64,000 bases of DNA from Eledone cirrhosa (lineage: Eukaryota): contig OZ024746.1 in the NCBI GenBank assembly GCA_964016885.1, positions 21,948,001-22,012,000 of the forward strand, read 5' to 3'. A model generated the notes under the pieces. It had not been told where the DNA came from and did no database searches. It saw nothing but the letters and a program-made list of their open reading frames with translations. How positions within the stretch are numbered: position 1 is the first letter of the stretch; each line of letters begins with the position of its first letter. A program made the position numbers and the translations under genes. Below, piece after piece: positions 12,306 to 26,249 of this stretch.

Positions 12306-14150
12306 ATGTGTGATGTTCCGCAGTGTCAGTGCAAATCTGTTGTTGTGGATAAGTATGTCTGGAATAATGCTGATGTACTTAGTATCTCGAATGATAAAAA
12401 AAAGGAGGCCTGTAAATGTCATTATGAGAGTCTGATGAATGTGGAGAACGAATGGGAGAGAGAGAAATTACCCCCAGTAGATCCGACAGAGGGACCAGCT
12501 ATTGAGATTGACGAGAGGCAATTAAGGAAATGAAAAAGGGTAAGGTTGCTGGACCGTTGGGGATAGTTGCTGAGATGCTGAAGGCATCAGGGGACGTAGG
12601 CACTAAACTGGTTGCACGCATCATCAACCAAGTTATATATGGCGGTGTCATACCCAAAGACTGGTGCAGCAGTATTTTCATAAATTGCTACAAAGGTAAA
12701 GGGGATGCTCTGGAGAGGAGCAATTATAGGGGCACAAAACTGATGGATCAGGTTATGAAAGTGGCAGAAAGGATATTAGCGCAACTAATTAGAGAAAGGG
12801 TCAAACTAGATGAGATGCAGTTTGGTTTTGTGCCTGGGAAAAGTACAACAGATGCCCTCTTCTACAAGAGAGGTTCTTAGAGAAGAATAAGCCACTATAC
12901 TTAGCTTTTGTTGACCTAGAGAAGGCCTTTGATAGGGTACCCTGATCTGTCATCTGGTTGTCCCTAAGGAAACTAGGTGTTGAGGAATGGCTTGTGAGGA
13001 CAGTGCAAGCTTTGCACAGAGATGCTGTAAGTAAAGTGAGAGTAGGAATGGAGTTTAGTGAGGAATTCCAGATTAAAGTAGGAGTACATCAGGGTTTGGT
13101 CCTCAGCCCGCTCTTGTTCATTATAGTCCTCCAAACCATAACAGAGGAGTTTAAGATTAGCTGCCCATGGGAACTTCGCTATGCTGACGATCTGGTTCTT
13201 ATAGCAGAATCAGTAGAGGAGCTAGAGAATAAATCCTGGCTATGGAAACAGCAGTTGGAATTAAGAGGACTGAGAGTGAACCTAGTTAAGACAAAAGTGT
13301 TGATGAGTAGAAAAGAGGACAAAACTCTGATCCTGTCAGGGAAATTGCTCTGTTTGATATGCAGAAAAGGAACTGGCATAAATTCTATAAAAAGTACACA
13401 ATGCATATCTTGGATACACAAGAGATATAGTGGGATAGCAGGCAAACTAACAGGTAATACATATGCAGTAGATGAACAAGGAAATTTGACAGTAGAAGTC
13501 GCATTGATAGACACATTTTTCAAATGCAGGTAGGTTCTATAGAATTGGTTGATAGCTTCCGGTACCTAGGTGATCAGATTAGCATGGGAGACGGGTGTTC
13601 TGAGGCCATAATATCTAGAATAAGGATGGGTTTGAAGAAGTTTAGGGAGCTGCTTCCTCTGCTGACAAAGAAGGGTTTCTCCCTGCGTATGAAAAGCCTG
13701 TTATATGATGCCTGTGTGAGGTGCGCGATGCTGCATGGTAGTGAGACATGGGCAGCAACTGCAGAAGAGAAATGAAGCAAGCATGCTCCGTTGGATGTGC
13801 AATGTCAATGTGCATGAGCGACCGGACATGGATGTGCTAAGAGAGAAGTTGTGTTTAAGAGAGATAAGTTATAGTGTGCGGGAGAGAAGACTGAGATGGT
13901 ATGGGCATGTGATGCGCATGGAGGATGACTGCTGGGTAAAGAAGTGCCAAGAAATGCCAGTAGAAGGAAGACGCAGTAGAGGAAGACCACAAAAAACATG
14001 GGTGGAGGTGGTGAGAGCAGACCTCAGATTGCTGAAACTCACGGAGGAGATGACAAAGGACCGTGACAAGTGGAGAGATGCTGTGCTGAATAGGACCCGC
14101 CCCACCCATGTGAGCAGGGAAAAGCGGATGTAAAATGATGATGATGATGA
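12306..14150 (+). mobile_element. 5'-truncated RTE-clade LINE, reverse transcriptase pseudogene
   Basis: RT motifs GKVAGP, QFGFVPGKSTTDA, FVDLEKAFDRVP, GVHQG..LSPLLF, YADD, FRYLG, HGSETW and RLRWYGHVMR, split by stops and frameshifts; (ATG)n tail. Confidence 0.95.
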
Positions 14151-14211
14151 TTATATATATATATACATATATATATACATACATGCATATATTCTATATA
14201 TATATATATAT

Positions 14212-14725
14212 CATCATCATTGACATTGTCATTTTTACGTCTGCTTTTCCATACTTGCATGGTTTGGACAAGTCCTTCTCAGCATGGTATCTCTCCACAT
14301 ATCACAATCCTTTGTCCTCGCCTCGGGTGGGTTTCAGTGAGGTCAGCTCTCACAACCTCTGCCCAGTCTTTCTTAGTCTACCTCTACAACAACTTCCTTC
14401 CACTAGCATTTCCTGGCACTTCTTCCCCCAATGATTATTGTCCATCCACAGCACATATCCAAACCAACGCAGTCTTCTCACCTGCACACCACCTTGAATT
14501 CCTTTTAAACCCACCTTCTTCTTCAACTCATCCAAGCTCAGCCTCTCTCTCTCTCACTTTCATTGCATATCCAACGGAGCATGGTTACTTCCTTTCTCTC
14601 CAGTCTATGCATGTCCTCCACAGTCACAGCCTATGTTTCACTACCATGCAGCATTTGACTTCAAACACAAGCATCATACAGTCATCTTTTTGTATGTAGG
14701 GAGAAATTTATGTAGTCAAAAGTGG
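14212..14725 (-). mobile_element. Older RTE 3' fragment, tail-to-tail with the previous LINE
   Basis: RRLRWFGYVLWM...KKCQEMLVEG...GRLRKT on the minus strand. Confidence 0.85.
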
Positions 14726-15044
14726 GAGTGTCTCTCTCTCTCTCCCTCTCAATGATGATGATATATATATATATATATATATATAAAACTAAAACAACTA
14801 CAGCTATCACCAGCAATCAAGTTTGACTTGGTAGTACATACCATGCTTTCGATAAGGGTTTAAATGAGCAGACACAGCCACAGACTCCCTCACAACCTTC
14901 GCTAATTTGATCCAGTAAAACATACAGAGTTACACCAGCACTGAACTGATACTTTCTTCATCAACCCTCCAATAGGATGAAATGCAAAGTGAACCTCAGG
15001 AGAATTTGAACTCAGAATGCAGAAACCCAGAACAAATATCTCAT

Positions 15045-15348
15045 TAGAATGTTGGATAGAATGCTTTGTGGCATTCATTTTGGCTCTCTACTCTTCGAGT
15101 TCAAACCCCGCCGAGGTCAACTTTGTCTTTCATTCATTCAAGGTCAATAAAAAAGTACCAGTCAAGTACTGGAGTTGATTCTTCCTCTATATCTCTTTCT
15201 CACTTCCTCTCTCTCACTCTCTATCATTCTCTGGAAGAAATCTGCTGTATTCAGACCTGGAGAAGATTGGCTCTACCAGACTTAAAAGTGCCCTAGAAAT
15301 GTTGTATCTCAATATGGCGCCCCTATGACTCCCTCAGGAGTTACAGGA
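15045..15348 (+). mobile_element. Nin/Deu-domain SINE variant with extended tail
   Basis: B-box GAGTTCAAACCC then CTTTCATTC..GGTCAATAAAA..GTACCAG. The same extended tail occurs at 36298-36630 and 21780-21990(-). Confidence 0.65.
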
Positions 15349-15370
15349 CCATGCATGCATATATATATAT

Positions 15371-15772
15371 ATGATGTTACATGGCAGTGAGACATGGGCC
15401 TTGTGTGCAGAGGATCTATGCAGAGTGGAGAGGAACAAAGCGAGCATGCTCCGTTGGATGTGTAATAGTAATATACGTGAACGGCAAAGCATAAATGAAC
15501 TAAGTGAGAAATTAGGAATAAGAGGGATCAGATGCTGTTTACTCGAGAGAAGACTACGTTGGTATGGTCACGTGATGCGCATGAAAGACGACAGCTGTAT
15601 AAAAAAGTGCAGGGCAATCAAAATAGACGGTAGCTACAGAGTAGGCTGACCAAGAAAAACCTGGGAGGACTTGATAAATTCCGACCTCACACACTTACAC
15701 CTCTCCAAGACAATGTCACTGGACCAAGATCTTTGGCACTACGCAGTAATACAGAAGACCTGCCTTGCCTAA
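15371..15772 (+). mobile_element. RTE LINE 3' fragment, second subfamily
   Basis: MLHGSETWAL...SMLRWMC...RRLRWYGHVMRM. Confidence 0.88.
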
Positions 15773-16377
15773 GTACAAAGCGAAACCTACAGTCAGTAGG
15801 CACCTCTTAACAAAATACACCCCCGTCCCACTACCGCTACCCCCACTGCCATCCACACCACCCCTTTCGATGTAAAGCTATGTTGGTACCACAACATCCA
15901 GTCCTAAATAAATGAGATCGTGTAGGTGTCACGACAAAAAAAACACAGTCCACACTGTAATGTGGCCGTGTAGGTAACACGGTAAAAACTTCGCAGTCCA
16001 CACTGTAAACGTGGTTGGTGTTAGGAAGGGCATCCAGCCATAGAAAACCCGCCAGGCAAGACAACCAATCTTGCCTCAAGTGGAACAATTCCCGTCCAGA
16101 CCCATGCTAGCGTGGAAAATGGACGTTAAACGATGATGATGATGATGATATATATATATATTCGGCCTATTTGTATTTATTGTTGTTGTGGTATAAATAT
16201 GGCTACTGCCTTTGGTCATTTTTCTTGGTATCACACTTTATTAACTTTTGTGTTTACTCTGGATGATAATCTACTAACTACTCGCTTCATTGAGTGCATT
16301 GAGTGCAATTTGATTAGTACCTGTGATATTGTGGCTTCAACTTCGATTCATACCCAATATCATATATATATTCATTC

Positions 16378-17050
16378 ATTCATCATTTTACGTCCACTTT
16401 TCCCTGCTTGCAAGGGTGGGACTTGTCCTGTTGTGGGCAGTGTCTGGTCAGCTGACTTTGTCTTGCTCATACGGGAACTGATTCTGGCTTGATTTCTACA
16501 GCTGGATGCCCTTCCTAACACCAACCCCATTTACAGTGAGTGCTGGGTGCTTCTTTTCCGTGGCACCTACACATCCACTTTACAGTGTGGGCTGGGTGAT
16601 TTTTTGCTGTGGCACCTCCACAACCACTTTACAGTGGAATGATATGGACCCCAGTCCCTATCATCTCATTTCTACAGCTGAGTAAACTGGAGCAATGTGA
16701 AATAAAGTGTCTTGCTCAAGGATACAACACATCACCCGGTCTGGGAATTGAACTCACAACCTTTCGATTGCAAGGCCAATGCGCTAACCACTAAGCCATG
16801 CACATTCATCATCATCATCATCATCATCACCGTTTTACGTCCGTTCTTCCACGCTAGCATGGGTTAGATGGGTTGTCCTGTTGTGGGCAGTGTCTGGTCG
16901 GCTGACCATGCCTTGCTCATACAGGAACTGATCTGGCTTGATTTCTACAGCTGGATGCCCTTCCTAACACCAACCTCATTTACAGTGAGTGCTGGGTGCT
17001 TTTTCGTGGCGCCTACACGTCCACTTTACAGTGTGGGCTGGGTGCTTTTT
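16378..17050 (-). mobile_element. Two adjacent family A SINE copies (16378-16802 full, 16806-17050 tail only)
   Basis: High similarity to 1137-1692. Confidence 0.85.
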
Positions 17051-17053
17051 TGC

Positions 17054-17085
<32 letters not shown>

Positions 17086-18223
17086 ATGTGTGTGTGTGTG
17101 TGTGTGTCTATTGTTCCACTCTTGCATGGGTTATATGTGTGTGTGTGTATATGTCACTGACACCATTTTTTTGTTTTTCAGAAAATAAATCTTACACCTT
17201 GCTCAAATGTACTGAGTGCTCATTCAGTTAATGTTTGAATGTTTTATGTACATTGGTATTTAAAACAGCCACTTCACTATATATATCATTATTTCCCCCC
17301 TCTTCTCTCTCTCTCTCTCTCTTTATATATATATGTATATATATGTATATATATATATACACCAATTTCCTCACTTCCCTCTCACTTTCCTGCACTCTTC
17401 AAATCTCCTCCTCTCCTCTATTCTAATGAATGTGTTGTTTATTCAAACACACAAAGCCCACACTCAATGTCCAAATACTATTAAGTTATTTTCCAAAAAT
17501 CCGAAACAATTTAGTACTAGTGCATAATTCACATTCCACATTGCAATACATCAACAATTTCAAATGTAATATTGCATGCCAACAAGAGAGCCTCTATGCA
17601 GTCACTCGGACTGCTAGATGTAGCAGCCAGGTTTTACTTAAATCACATCCTTCTTTGTCAACTTATTCTTGGGAGGGTCATGGGGGCAGAGTCCTCAGAC
17701 ATGCCTTCCAGAGGGTCCTGTTAGAAGCAACTGTTTCCAAATGATCCAGCTGGGTCCCCAAGCAAGACCAACTGAATTCATATATGCTATCCAATCACCT
17801 GTTTGTAGTCTACCTCTCTGTCTCCAGCTGGTTGGTCTTTGCCCATAAAATCTGGCCAGTAATTCTTTCTTTAGACATTCTAACCATATGTCAGTAGTAT
17901 TAGAGCTGTGATCTTTCTCGCTTCGGAGAAGTAGTGGCTCTACCTAGGGCAACTCCTGATCTCTGCACTACACACCATATCAAGTAATGTTACTCCAAAG
18001 ACCTTTTGGAGGAACTCCATTTCATGCACTTGTATTCACAATCATAATAGTAGTAGTAGTCCATAGTAGAAGCCATTATTGTTGCAGTAAAGGAACTACA
18101 TCTAACAATCCAACAATCCTCACTATAAGACTTATGAGATTCAAGTCTGTCTGTTATAATCCAACAGTTTTGAATAAAGCAGAAGATATTTCTTTCTCAG
18201 TCAATACAGAAATGTTTAATGTA

Positions 18224-18423
18224 CAAGGATCAGCTGAAAAATTCATAGGCTGACCAAGATACTCTCATGGAATAACCAAATGAGGTTTATTTTTCAACAT
18301 AGTCCCTAGAAAAAAACAATGCAGTTATTAATAAGTGAGTTGAAATGAATTCTTGCAAGATTTCATAACCCTAACATCACTCCTTCATAGTCAGCCTATG
18401 AACTTTTCAGCTGACAACCCTTG
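18224..18423. mobile_element. Tc1/mariner-like MITE
   Basis: TIR ..TCAGCTGAAAA(G/A)TTCATAGGCTGAC with TA on both sides; second copy at 53584-53775. Confidence 0.8.
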
Positions 18424-18669
18424 TATAATAGGTTGTTCTACTTGCAGTTACTGTCATAGAATGAGTGTGAAAACAAGGTGTGCTGAAAGCTGAATATTGT
18501 AATATATTTAAGGTAAACTTGAAGTAAAGGACATCTATTTAAATGACAGTACAATAAGTTTATAAATAGTCTAGGAAATGAAAACACAAGACAGACATTG
18601 TTTAGAAGTGCACAGAGAAACATCAGTAAAGGCCCTCACCACACACATACACACACACATATATACATA

Positions 18670-18702
<33 letters not shown>

Positions 18703-18920
18703 GTATGTACGTATACTTTCAGGAGGTCATGTTGCTAATAAAAACATATGAAACAGTTGAGTTTTATTTCAGATTTTATTATTAACCACTGTGGTTACCT
18801 TTGCCTTTCATCCTTGTGATTGATAAAATGAAGTACCAGTAATGCAGTGAGGTCGATTTAATCAACTTTCCCCTTCCCCAAAAAATAGTTGGCTTTGTGC
18901 CTACATCAGAAACCATTATT

Positions 18921-19105
18921 ATGGATTGGCAGTATCGGTAGAGGGTCGGACGCCATGCTTTGACGTATAGAGTTACGGCCCTTGCCATTCTGAGTTCAAA
19001 TCCCGCCGAGGTTAACTTTGCCTTTCATCCTTACGGGGTCGATAAAATAAAGTACCAGTAATGCACTGGGTAATTGTTGGCCTTGTGCCCAAAGTAGAAA
19101 CAATT
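18921..19105 (+). mobile_element. tRNA-derived SINE family B with Nin/Deu-like domain
   Basis: TGGCAGTATCGG A-box, GAGTTCAAATCCC B-box and GCCTTTCATCCTTACGGGGTCGATAAAATAAAGTACCAG. Many degenerate copies occur (e.g. 510-870, 6515-6640, 18790-18918, 22705-22895, 27895-28190). Confidence 0.85.
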
Positions 19106-20099
19106 ATAATTCAAGTAAATAATCCATTCATTAGTTGGTTTAGCACCAAGTCCACCCTGTAAGGTAGTCTTGCTGGTAACACAACAAAAACGCACCCCTC
19201 CACCTTGTAAGGTGATTGAGCTGGTCACAACAAAAACCACCCAGTCCACTCTGTAAGGTAGTCGTGCTGGCTCCATGACAACAAAGCATCCAGTCACCCT
19301 TGAAAAGCAGTCATACTGGTGACACAACAAAAAGCACCCAGTCTACCCTGTAAGGTGATTGACATTAAAAAAGTAAGGTGATTGACATTAGAAAACCAGC
19401 CCTAAAATGGATCGCATGAGCAAGATTTGATCACCTGACTTGTCTAACCAAATATGTCATTTTTTTCTTTTTAATCAATTGACAAGGCTCCAGACCTCAC
19501 TTGCTAACCGAGTGGGGTGGAACTCATCAAATCAGACCAAGAAAAGAATGTTTCCATTGGTCTTTCTATTGCTGATACTATCTACCAGTTGCAAAAGTTG
19601 AAAAAGGTTCACGATTACAATTTATTATAGTTTCTATCTGTTGGCTCTTCAGAATTGCAATAAAAAACAGTGGAAGATACATAATAAAATTTAGGAGTTG
19701 AGGAAGAGTGGCAAAGAATTATGTAGAGAAGAAAGATATGTGAGAAAGAGGCAGAGTGGTTTTGTCAATATTATAGTATATAGGACAATAGTATTGAAAT
19801 ATTGATGGTGAGGTGACGTGAAGTATTAAGTTATTTCAGGAAACAGTTGGTGAGAAAGAAATCGTTAATGTATCATGTGCTTATTATGCAATCATAACTG
19901 TCACAATAGAAAGTCATGGTTTAGAGAAGGGAACTCACTCCTTTTGCAACTAATCATCTCCATTATCATCATTGTTTTTACATCCACCCCACTTTCCATG
20001 CTCATATAGTGGTCTGAAATCAGACAGGTCAGAGTGTCTTCATTTCACTCATATGTTCCATATTTGACATAGTTTCTATGTTTACCCCCTCCCCCTTCC

Positions 20100-20632
20100 T
20101 AACATCAGCCACTTTACAGAGTGGACTGGATGCATATTATCATGGCACCAGCACTACCACTTTACAGAATGGACTGGGTATGTTTAATAATGGCACCAGC
20201 ACTACTCCTTTACAGGGTGGACTGGGAGCATTTTTATTGGGGCACAAGAATTATAACTTAACAGAACATACTGAGTTTATTTTATCATGACTGCAGCACT
20301 ACCGTTTTACAGAGTGGATTGGGTGCATATTGTGTAGCACCAGTATTACCCTTTACAGTGTGAACTGAGTATATTTTGTAACACCAGCACTACCACTTTA
20401 CAGAGAAGATTGGGTGTATTTTGTGACACCAACACTATCACTTTACAGAGGGGACTGGGTATGTTTTATTAATTTATTGTTGCACAAGCATTATAACTTA
20501 AGAGAGTGTACTGAGTGTATTTTATCACGACAGCAGCACTGCTACTTTAGAGAGTGAACTGGGTGTGTTTTATCATGGCACCAACATTACCCCATTATAG
20601 GGGGACTGTGTGTATTTTGTGACAGCAGCACT
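20100..20632. repeat. Degenerate ~45-bp tandem array of the SINE internal unit (CCACTTTACAGAGTGGACTGGGTG...GCACCAGCACTA)
   Basis: About 11 diverged units; similar arrays at 19140-19360 (reverse) and 46890-47130. Confidence 0.7.
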
Positions 20633-22157
20633 CTCTAATAAACCAAAATTACTGACATAAGTAGTCAAAATATCGACTTTATTTGATGTATTATTTTTGT
20701 AAGATGTCAGCCAACATTTGAAGTCAGCCCTCAGCATACAACTCTTGTTGAATCAACAATCAACACTAGTTACTATCTGTCAGCCAGTTTCCTGGGGGTG
20801 AGCATATATGTATAAAAACACAGCTGAGCTGGAATTCTAAGAAACTGATTAACTACATATATGCACACACAACACAGAAATATATACACTACACAGGTAA
20901 AGGAAATACCATTATAAACTCAAATATAAGCTGATTTATGTCTGAGAAATAGGCAATATATATACACATAGGCAGGAAGAGAGAGAGAGGGAGAAGGAAT
21001 GAGGAAGGGGCCCTGTTTGGAGAGCATGGGGGGGTCTTTGTTTGATGAAGATAGCCCAGGGCATTTCACCTACCCTGAAGGGTTGCCTTCTGAATTATAG
21101 ATATAGTCCATCCGAGACAAACTATCACAACCTTTCTAGCAGGGAAAATAGATATTAAATGATGATAATGATGATGATGATGGTAGTGATGATTCTAGAA
21201 TGAACAGTTGAAAACAAGCGAGTTAATGTTTCTTACATTATGTATTAACTATTTATGTTATGTAGCATGTTTTAGATTGGATATAGAGACATGTTTGTTT
21301 CTTCTTCTGTTTGCTCATCAGTGTTGTGAAGTTGAGATCAACTGAATGTCTGTTTTAGAGTGGTTCATTTGTTGCTCTCATATGGTTGGTGGCATGTAGT
21401 CAGTGGAAGACTGGTTTGTATTGGTTCAACTCTATTGGTTTATACAGCATAGTCCAACCATTTTCTAGTTGGGAAAGTGGATATTAAACATTGATGATGA
21501 TGATGATGGTGGTGATGGCAGTGATGATAATGATGATGGTGGTGAAGATGGTGATGATGATGATGGTGATGATAAGGCAATTGAACAAGTACGTATAACC
21601 AGTTCACATAGTACACATGTTGGAGTGCCTTGGAAATGAATTTACTTTGGGGGGACATTTTTTTTATTGCACTCATATGTCTTGGAGCAATTGGTAAGTG
21701 ATGGGGTGCATGCATAGTCACATAACTCCTGAGGGAGTAGTAGGGGAACTGTATTGACATATGGAGTTTCTAGGGCATTTTTAAACCTGGCAGAGCCTAT
21801 CTCCTCCCCAAGTTTGAATACAGCAGATTTCTTCCAGAGAAGGATAGAGAGTGAGAGGAAGGAAGTAAGAAAGAGATATAGAGGAAGAATAGGTCCCAGT
21901 AAGTAACTGGTACTTTTTTATCGACCTTGAATGGATAAAAGGCAAAGTTGACCTTGAAGGGATTTGAACTCAAAGAGCAAAGAACCAATTCATTGCTAAT
22001 AAGTGATGAGGCACTTTGGAGCAAATCCATACATCCTTTTCAGATTATTACTTCATTTACAAAATTTTACATGGCCATCAGTTACGTATTTCCTTGTGTT
22101 TGTTTGATGTACATATTCTCTGATGAGGGCCCCAATTAGGGTAAAAAACTGATTAAC

Positions 22158-22430
22158 AATCATCATCCTTTTTACATCTGTTTTTCCACTCTCATGGGGT
22201 GGACGAGTCCTTTTCAGTACAGTGTCTCTCCATTTGTTGAATTCCTTCATCAACTCCTATGTGAGTCTCAATGATTTAAAATCAGCTTTCATCACCTCCG
22301 CCCAGATCTTCCTTGCTCTACCTCTACTGTGGCTTCCTTCCACTGAGATTTCTTAGCCCTTCTTCACTCAGCAATCACAACCTATGTAAATCACATGTCT
22401 ATACCAACACAGTCTTCTCACTTACACACT
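22158..22430 (-). mobile_element. Old RTE 3' fragment
   Basis: KWRDTVLKRTRP matches the C-terminus at 14.1 kb, with the RTE tail. Confidence 0.75.
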
Positions 22431-23604
22431 ATGATATACATGCCAACATACAAATGCATGTAGATTATATAGACGGATATTCTCCGTTATAAGAAATAAT
22501 TTGACATTGCAATTAACTCTAATAATTTCATTATATGCTAGTCTTACCTGAAACACTCCCAGACTTCTGAAGGCTTGGTAGTTTGGAATGTTACTAGTTA
22601 ACAGGATGTTTAATATGTGTATGAGTCAACATACAGTTTCATCCCATTTAACAAACAGTCCATATATATATGCTAAAATCATTGGTTCAATTTCTTCAAA
22701 TATTGATTTCTAATTTAGGCACAAGGTCAGCAAATATTTTGGGGTTGGGGAGAACAAAGTTGATTAAATCAACCCCAGTAATTCACTGCTACTTTATTTA
22801 CCAACCCTGAATTTGAAATCAGAATGTAAAGAACCAGTATATGTATTGTAATGGCATTTTATCCAATGTTCTACCAATTCTGCCAACCCACCACCCTTTC
22901 TTGAAATATTAAAAAAGGATTCTCTTTGTTAACCTTTTCATGATTATATTTTTAATGAAATACCCAGCTTATGTGTTTCAATTAACTCTTAATGTTCTGT
23001 GCTGCATGTTTACTGCAAATTTTCACAATGCTTTGTCAACTATTTAAGATACTATAAACAAACCCATTTTTTTTTTTTTTTTTTTAGATATTTTCAGCTA
23101 AATCATTACATGGTTGTAAGAGTTAATTTTTGAAAATTGTCAAAAGTTTTTTTTTTTTTTACAGTTTAGTCGGAGGCAGTGTCCATAACACTTTTTAGGG
23201 CCTCTGATACTTATAGGAAAGAAGGACAGTGTCCATGACTCATTTTAGGGTCTCCGATACTAGCAGGAGGCAGGGCAGTACCCAAGACACTTTTCAGTGC
23301 TTCTGATACTGGTGAGGGTTAGGGATAGTACACATGACGCTTTTCAGAGCCTTGGAGACTGTTGGGAGAGAGTTATACTCATACTGGAGACCTGGCCCAA
23401 ATGCTTGACATATATTAGACTCTACTAAAGGACATTAGGGGTCAGATAGCGGTATTAAAACCAGATGACAGATGAAGTTTACCACCCACGTAAGCCACAA
23501 CAGAATTTGAACTCAGAACACGAAAAGCCAGAACAAATACCACAAAGTATTTGAACCAGTGTTCTAAGAATTCTTCCAACTAATTGCTAATGAATAAGAA
23601 AGAA

Positions 23605-23860
23605 AGGTACACATTCTTCCAGGAAGGTAACAACACTGGGTTGGATGGAATGGGCATTTTATTGGCAGAGAAATGGTTAGATAAAGAAATTTGGTTAGAG
23701 TGTATGACAGAATAATTAAACCTAAGCTAACCATAGGCAACACAACAGTGATCTCAGCATAGGTACCAGAAACAGGACTGACAGCTGAGCAAAAGGACCA
23801 TTTCTATTATGTCTTCTTGCTGACTTCCTTACCAATGAATAACAGCGACCTCATTATTAT
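23605..23860 (+). pseudogene. Degenerate RTE AP-endonuclease fragment
   Basis: Frame-shifted translation gives GILLAEKWLDK, DRIIK, TVISA*.P.TGL and EQKDHFY. Confidence 0.6.
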
Positions 23861-24205
23861 GATTAATTATTTTAACTATTAACATCCTGTACAAAATGTC
23901 TAAAAAAAAATTGTGGATAAATTGTGAAAATTTGTGGTATTAGATTAAATATTTTACAGTCAAGTTCAATCCAATCCAATTCCTTTGCATTCCTGTTTGA
24001 GATACTCCTCCCTGGTTGGCTTCCATGGCTTTCTGTTTGGCATTAGTCATGTCAGGGGTGTAACCATACTGGACAATTGCAGGTTGGTGGGGTTATTTAA
24101 CCCATAGTTGGGATGGATGGTCATTGACACTGAGGAGTTCATCTGCTCTTAATTCTTATGCTACAGGAGTTCCACTTACCCTCCTCACTAGACATCAGAT
24201 ATATG

Positions 24206-24450
24206 CAGAGGTGTAACAAGAGTATGGCAAGCATGGCATGTGCCATGGGCACCACTTGGAATAGGAGCACTTTTTATTAAAGTCAGATACGCTATCGTTG
24301 GAGAGTGAAAAATGAAACATCTTCAGATGTATGATCTGTCTTTGATTATCATGGGTGAAAAGCACTATACCGGCTGGATGATTAAACCATTGGGCAGGGG
24401 CACAATTTTACTGCTTGCCAGAGGTGCTATTTTCCCTAGTTATGTCTCTG
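24206..24450. mobile_element. Old hAT-like MITE
   Basis: Ends CAGAGGTGTAAC / GTTATGTCTCTG; TSD only partly recognisable. Confidence 0.4.
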
Positions 24451-24529
24451 AGTACATGTAGCACAGAGCAAAGCTGAAAGTAAGAGGTTTGTTATGAATT
24501 CTGAGGATTAACAGTGTGTCAGCAAATTT

Positions 24530-24930
24530 AAGGAATAATTGATGGATAAATGTGTATAGAGTGAGAAGAACACATTGTTCATTACTGATACTGAGACAAA
24601 AGAGGCATAGAAATGCTACTATGAGAGATTAGTGAATATGAAGAATACATGGGAGATACAGAGAGGCTACTCCAAGTAGACTCCACAGAGGTACCAGATA
24701 TTAAAGTTGATAGCTACAATTTGACAGTGCAATTATAAATATAAAGGCAAAGAAAAGCAGTAGGACAGTCAGGGGTAATTACTGGGCTGCTAAAAATATC
24801 CATTAAAGTAAGATATGAGCTAGTAACTCACATAGTTAACTAATAGAGAGACATCATTACCAATGAGTGGCATATCAGTATCATTATCAATTACTTCAAT
24901 GACTGAATAGGTCACTATAGAGGAATTAAA
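24530..24930 (+). pseudogene. Degenerate RTE RT N-terminal fragment
   Basis: Colinear similarity with 12345-12735. Confidence 0.6.
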
Positions 24931-26249
24931 GCAGAGAGTTAAGGAGGTAGATAGGTCACTACAGAGGAATTACACTCACGGGACTGGTTAAGGGGGGGGG
25001 GGTCACTACAGAGGAATTAAGCTGGTGTATTAGGTGTGGAACTAGGAAGGGGGATTGCCAGAAGCATAGGAGTCAGTGATGTCACATAAGTGGAAGGATG
25101 TCCAGAGGAAGAATCAAACTCTGGTACTGATCTCCTAGACAGGCCGAGGGGTCTGTACCCCCCTTATGTACAGTCATATCGAATGCAGAGGAAAAGTTGT
25201 CATGTCTATTGACACAAACTGAAGGGTCCTCCTAACTCCTTATTTGGTAAGCTTTCTATGGCCAGATGCCCTTTCTAACACCAACCACTTTACATCATGT
25301 ACTGGGTACTTTTATTGTGGAGATCACCAGCACTAGGGAGGCTGTTATGTCCTCGACAAAACTAAAGGGTCCTCCCAGCCATTTGTTTGTCTTCTGGTAC
25401 ATAAATAAACAAGCTTAATTTTATTTGAGCAATATGTCTTTGTTGGGAGCCTTCATTTGTATACATTAGATTATTTTGTGCATTGCAGCCATATTTTAAT
25501 ATCATCAGAATTTGTGGCTTTTGAATACTATTGATGACTTTGCATGGGTTGGACAGGTTGTTACTCTCAATCTGTGACTTGATGGATAAGTTGAGTGTGG
25601 TGGGGGTGACACCGTTTTGTTCATACATACCATACATTCCATAATTGGATGTCCTTCCTAATGTCAACCACTTCCAAGATTGTAATCTGCTACTTTATTT
25701 TATCAATCTTCCTGAAAAGCAAAGTTGACCTCAGCAGGATTTGAACTCAGAGCTCAGAGAGAGCCACAGCCACTACCATAAGGAATTTACTTATTTAATT
25801 GGACATTCTAACGACTCTGCCAATTTCCCTTCTTGTGATGAAGCAATCTTTTATCTAAGTGATGTATAATGAAGAGGAGACAATTGAAAATTACATTATA
25901 ATTTCCTGATGTTTGAAATAAATGCCAGACTGACAAAGAATAAGTGTCTTAAGAAAGGTGAAATTAAATAATCTCTTTTTTCTGTGACATTTCTTCCTGT
26001 TCAGAGGACAAATGAAGTTCGTAATAATTCCATCATCATCATTATTGTCAACGTCATCCTTTTTTATCATTGGCAGTGTGTAGCAGTGTCATCACCATCC
26101 CCACCAACACAATGTGTTTTATCATCATTACTTCTACCACCACCACCACCTCCATAATATAATCAAGAGTATTTATTCCATTTAGTCTGCTAATCCTGAG
26201 ACATCCTTCATCTTTTCCTTTATATGTTTCCTCTTTTTCTCTTTCATCT

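Noticed and set aside
22115-22152. Additional hammerhead (CTGATGAGGGCCCC...GGGT)
   Set aside because: No GAAA, stem III or stem I partner; it is cut by an RTE tail.
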